The notes under the pieces are model-generated. The model was not told the origin of the DNA. It searched no databases and saw nothing but the letters and a program-made list of their open reading frames with translations. Made by a program: the position numbers and the translations under genes. A stretch of 64,000 nucleotides of DNA, taken from contig JAGCOW010000042.1 in NCBI GenBank assembly GCA_017642535.1, positions 777 through 64,776 on the forward strand. The letters run 5' to 3'. Below are positions 61,042 to 64,000 of the stretch, in pieces (the stretch's first letter is position 1; each line of letters begins with the position of its first letter). The stretch comes from Bacteroidales bacterium. GTDB lineage: Bacteria > Bacteroidota > Bacteroidia > Bacteroidales > UBA1715.

Positions 61042-62674
61042 AAATAAAAATATAGAACAATTATTTAGCGACCGTTTCCGTGATGCTGAGGAGACTCCTT
61101 CCAACGACATTTGGGAGAAATTGGAGTCAAACCTTGACAAACACAACGTTGAAGGGATTTTCCAAACAGCATTCCAAAATGCTGCGGTAGAGCCGGCTGC
61201 GTCGGTTTGGCAGAAAATCGCGAAAACGCTTGCATGGAAATCGTTCCTTACGTTCCGATTCAACACGTTCAACGTGTATTATGCTTCGGTTATCACTGCC
61301 ATTCTTGGAATTTCGGCTTTCCAATTCCTAAAAACTGATAGTCAAGCAACCGTACAGAATAATATTGTAGAAACAACCGATATATCAAAAACTGCCGAGA
61401 CAGCTTCCGTTGCTGAAGAAAACATCGTGGCAACGACTGAAACCGCCGAATCGGTATCTTCTACGACGCAATCTTCAGATGTAGCGTCTTCGGCAACTAA
61501 GGTTGACAATACTACTAAATATAATGTATCTGAAAATTCTGCCGTTGCGAACCCCGACGACTTTGCTTTCGATAAGGATCCGAATAAGAAAAAACGCGGA
61601 ACCGACGAAGATGCTCGGAATATTGACTGGTCGCACGTACGGTTGATTGGTAATGCATCAATATGCAAAGATGTGGCTTCAACATACGCCATAGAAGGTC
61701 TGACAGTTCATGCCGACATTCAATGGAAATTGCCAAAGGCAGCCAAAAAGAACTCCGAAGTGGGACATAATGTTTCCATTATTTGGACGGAAGCAGGGCA
61801 ACAAACCATTACGGCTCTTGTAAAAGTTGGCGATACGAAAAAAACATATACCTACAACGTCATGGTTGAAGGCGTTGCCATTCCTGAAATCAAAGGTAAG
61901 GTAAAGGTCTGCCAAGGTATGGAAAAACAGTTGTATTATGTTGATGAAAAAGTGAACAACGACATCTCATATCTTTGGGAATCGCAACATAACACGATTG
62001 ATCAGATTGGAAACAAATACATTAACGTGGATTGGACAAAGAGTGGAAAAGACACGTTGTTCGTGACGAAAATCAATACGGTAACTGGCTGTAAGTCACA
62101 GACATCAGTAGGAATAGTGATATATCCTCAACCAAAAATCAATTTTGAAGTTCATCCTCTTGGCGACCAGGAATATGAATTTGCATTTACCGAAACGCAA
62201 CGCAAAGGATATGTGTATGAATGGATGATTGAGGGCACGGAATACAATGATGCGGTGGTTACTCACGAAGCGTCGGGGGCGGGAAGTTCGTTCGTCACAT
62301 TGAAGGTAACCGACAAAAATGGATGTAGTTCAACGATTCAGAAAGAAGTTGATTTCAACAAGAATTTCATTTCTGTTCCGTCGAAATACAACCCGAGCAA
62401 CGGCAAATATTTTGTTCCTCTTACCAATTCCGACTTGCAGTCGTATAAATTGGAAATTTACAATGCCCGTAACGAAAAGGTATGGGAATCAACCGAGTTG
62501 AACAACGGGAAACCTGCTGCCGGATGGGATGGCAAAGTTCGTGGAGTTGTTCAGCCACGCGGAAAATATATGTGGAAAATCTCTGCCACATTCGACGACG
62601 GCACACAATGGAAAGGCGTTACACAACCTAACGGTAGTTGTAAGCCAAGTGGAATCTTCATCTTGGAAAACTAA
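61031..62674 (+). CDS. Sigma-coupled single-pass membrane protein with PKD-like domains and a T9SS type B-like C-terminal domain (putative anti-sigma-like N-terminus)
   Basis: It overlaps the sigma gene by 11 nt. The N-terminal ~85 aa have no signal peptide and are followed by one TM helix (VYYASVITAILGISAFQFL) and then an S/T-rich linker. PKD-like units follow (..VCQGMEKQLYYVDEK..YLWES..INVDWTKSGKDTLFV..GC). The C-terminus, KYFVPLTNSDLQSYKLEIYNARNEKVWES..AGWDGKVRGVVQPRGKYMWKISA, resembles the gliding-motility/CHU_C type B sorting domain. Confidence 0.6.
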   Translation: MLDENKNIEQLFSDRFRDAEETPSNDIWEKLESNLDKHNVEGIFQTAFQNAAVEPAASVWQKIAKTLAWKSFLTFRFNTFNVYYASVITAILGISAFQFLKTDSQATVQNNIVETTDISKTAETASVAEENIVATTETAESVSSTTQSSDVASSATKVDNTTKYNVSENSAVANPDDFAFDKDPNKKKRGTDEDARNIDWSHVRLIGNASICKDVASTYAIEGLTVHADIQWKLPKAAKKNSEVGHNVSIIWTEAGQQTITALVKVGDTKKTYTYNVMVEGVAIPEIKGKVKVCQGMEKQLYYVDEKVNNDISYLWESQHNTIDQIGNKYINVDWTKSGKDTLFVTKINTVTGCKSQTSVGIVIYPQPKINFEVHPLGDQEYEFAFTETQRKGYVYEWMIEGTEYNDAVVTHEASGAGSSFVTLKVTDKNGCSSTIQKEVDFNKNFISVPSKYNPSNGKYFVPLTNSDLQSYKLEIYNARNEKVWESTELNNGKPAAGWDGKVRGVVQPRGKYMWKISATFDDGTQWKGVTQPNGSCKPSGIFILEN

Positions 62675-62728
62675 TTTTCCTTCTTGCTTTATTCGGAATC
62701 TTTGTATCTTTGGAAAAACTTTTTCACA

Positions 62729-63832
62729 ATGAAAACAAGGTTCACTTTTTTTATTTTTCTTGCTTATATGATTAATTCGTTTGTTTGTAATGCACAACCT
62801 GGTTATGATTGTTGGGTGCTGCCATTCAATGATGAAAGAATTCACTATGAAGGTCGTGTTCTTATTGATGAAAAAGGAGCACACCTTTTTTATCCAGGTA
62901 CATCTATTTCTGTCACTGTAAAGGGGAAAAGGGGGGGGAACTGGTTGGACGCTGGGTTTAATCGTGTGACAGCGTATTATTGGATTGAAGTTGATGGTAA
63001 TGAGCCATTTAAGATATGTACAAAAGATACACCGTGTGTTCGTATTCCCATTCCCTCTAATAAAAAATGTACTATAAAAATTACGTTGGTGTCGGAAGGT
63101 ATTTATCATAATCCTGAATTTTACGGATTTAGTGGTTGCAGTAGCAGTGACGACCTATTGCCCAAAATATTATCTCGTCCAGCCGACAAGAAACTCAAAT
63201 TTGAATTCATAGGAAATTCCATCACGTGCGGTTACGGCACCGAAGTTACCGACCGTTCGCCGTTCAACGACTCAACGTCGAATTTCTGTCATGGTTTTGC
63301 ATACCGCACCGCACAGGCGTTCGATGCCGAATGTATGGTCGTTGCCCGCTCCGGCATTGGCATTTACCGAAACTATGGCGAGAAAGATTCCGCTTTATAT
63401 TATGGCTGTATGCCCGACAATTACGAGAAGCTCTGGCTCGACAGCCCACATCAATGGGATTTTTCAAAATTCACGCCCGATGTGTTGTTCATCAACTTGG
63501 GAACAAACGACACGTGGGAAATGTCGTCGTTCAATGCGGAGAAATACGAGAGGAATTTCCGAAAGTTGATGAATTCCGTCACCGCACACTACCCGAAAAC
63601 TACCATCGTGCTTCTTACGGGCAGTATGATGGGACCAGAGGCATTGGCTGCCGTGAAACCGATTTTGGACAAGATACAAAAAGATTACACCACCACTAAA
63701 AAACAATTGGTGTATCGCTTCGATTTCACGCCAGTGGCAGGCGAGGGAGCTGACTGGCATCCAAGTTCGGCACAACAGGAAGCAATGAGCAAGGAATTGA
63801 TTCCGTTCGTGAAAAAGATTTTGGAGAAGTAA
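62729..63832 (+). CDS. SGNH/GDSL hydrolase, carbohydrate esterase family 2-like (acetyl esterase)
   Basis: ATG 62729 gives the signal MKTRFTFFIFLAYMINSFVCNAQ. The N-terminal beta-sandwich is followed by block I, FEFIGNSITCGYG (catalytic Ser), then ..FINLGTNDTW and a late D..H (GADWHPS). Confidence 0.75.
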   Translation: MKTRFTFFIFLAYMINSFVCNAQPGYDCWVLPFNDERIHYEGRVLIDEKGAHLFYPGTSISVTVKGKRGGNWLDAGFNRVTAYYWIEVDGNEPFKICTKDTPCVRIPIPSNKKCTIKITLVSEGIYHNPEFYGFSGCSSSDDLLPKILSRPADKKLKFEFIGNSITCGYGTEVTDRSPFNDSTSNFCHGFAYRTAQAFDAECMVVARSGIGIYRNYGEKDSALYYGCMPDNYEKLWLDSPHQWDFSKFTPDVLFINLGTNDTWEMSSFNAEKYERNFRKLMNSVTAHYPKTTIVLLTGSMMGPEALAAVKPILDKIQKDYTTTKKQLVYRFDFTPVAGEGADWHPSSAQQEAMSKELIPFVKKILEK

Positions 63833-63841
63833 GACGTATCC

Positions 63842-64000
63842 TTATTCCTTTAACGATGACAATCGTACAGAGACAGCATTTTGGTGTGCATCGAGCATTT
63901 CTGCTTCTGCCATAGTTTCTATTGTGGGTCCAAGGGTTGTAAGCCCCTGAGGTATTATTTCTTGGAATGTAATTTTACGAACAAAACTGTCGAGTGAGAC
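63842..64000 (-). CDS. C-terminal end of an unidentified gene entering from beyond the window
   Basis: Reverse translation reads ..VSLDSFVRKITFQEIIPQGLTTLGPTIETMAEAEMLDAHQNAVSVRLSSLKE followed by a stop (63844-63842). The frame is open to the window edge. I do not recognise the family. Confidence 0.5.
   Translation of the reverse strand, partial: VSLDSFVRKITFQEIIPQGLTTLGPTIETMAEAEMLDAHQNAVSVRLSSLKE

Overview
This is a chromosomal segment from a Bacteroidota genome, probably Bacteroidales. The assignment rests on several things: many TAnnTTTG -7 promoter boxes just upstream of starts, no Shine-Dalgarno sites, T9SS C-terminal sorting domains, and the gene content (TamB-like, PssA, QueH, RhuM/ORF6N-type genes).

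About 45 genes are supportable. Housekeeping genes include tsaD (partial), a tamB-like gene, ddl, a class IV aminotransferase, comM/yifB, pssA, pgmB, queH, sufE plus a DUF59 gene, a POT transporter, a SulP transporter, a Fur-family regulator with a P1B metal ATPase, and an OmpR-type two-component pair.

The accessory content is unusual and takes up much of the window:
- A 19-kb run of four secreted-protein genes (7909-27175). It includes a 1,866-aa Ig-repeat protein and a 3,524-aa protein whose N-terminus is a glycoside hydrolase family 8 (GH8) domain. Both end in T9SS type A sorting domains and share a collinear paralogous module of about 500 aa.
- A second T9SS cargo pair (52060-55251) with near-identical 219-bp in-frame tandem repeats that differ almost only at synonymous sites.
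- An ECF sigma factor translationally coupled to a membrane-anchored PKD-like protein that carries a T9SS type B-like end.
- A decayed accessory islet (50888-51950) in which an intact 47-codon ORF plus retropepsin-like protease operon sits between RhuM and ORF6N gene fragments.
- GH94 phosphorylase, beta-phosphoglucomutase and CE2 esterase genes that fit a beta-glucan theme. No SusC/SusD pair is present in the window.

The non-coding features worth noting are a dispersed REP-like palindrome family (TGTAGAGACG...CGTCTCTACA, at least 6 copies), an associated AT-rich 21-mer, and homologous intrinsic terminators after both giant genes. There is also a candidate ~55-nt sRNA and a 597-bp convergent spacer with phased A/T tracts bracketed by 37-bp direct repeats.

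I saw no rRNA, tRNA, CRISPR array, transposase or integrase. All functional calls come from motif recognition by eye. No database search was run.
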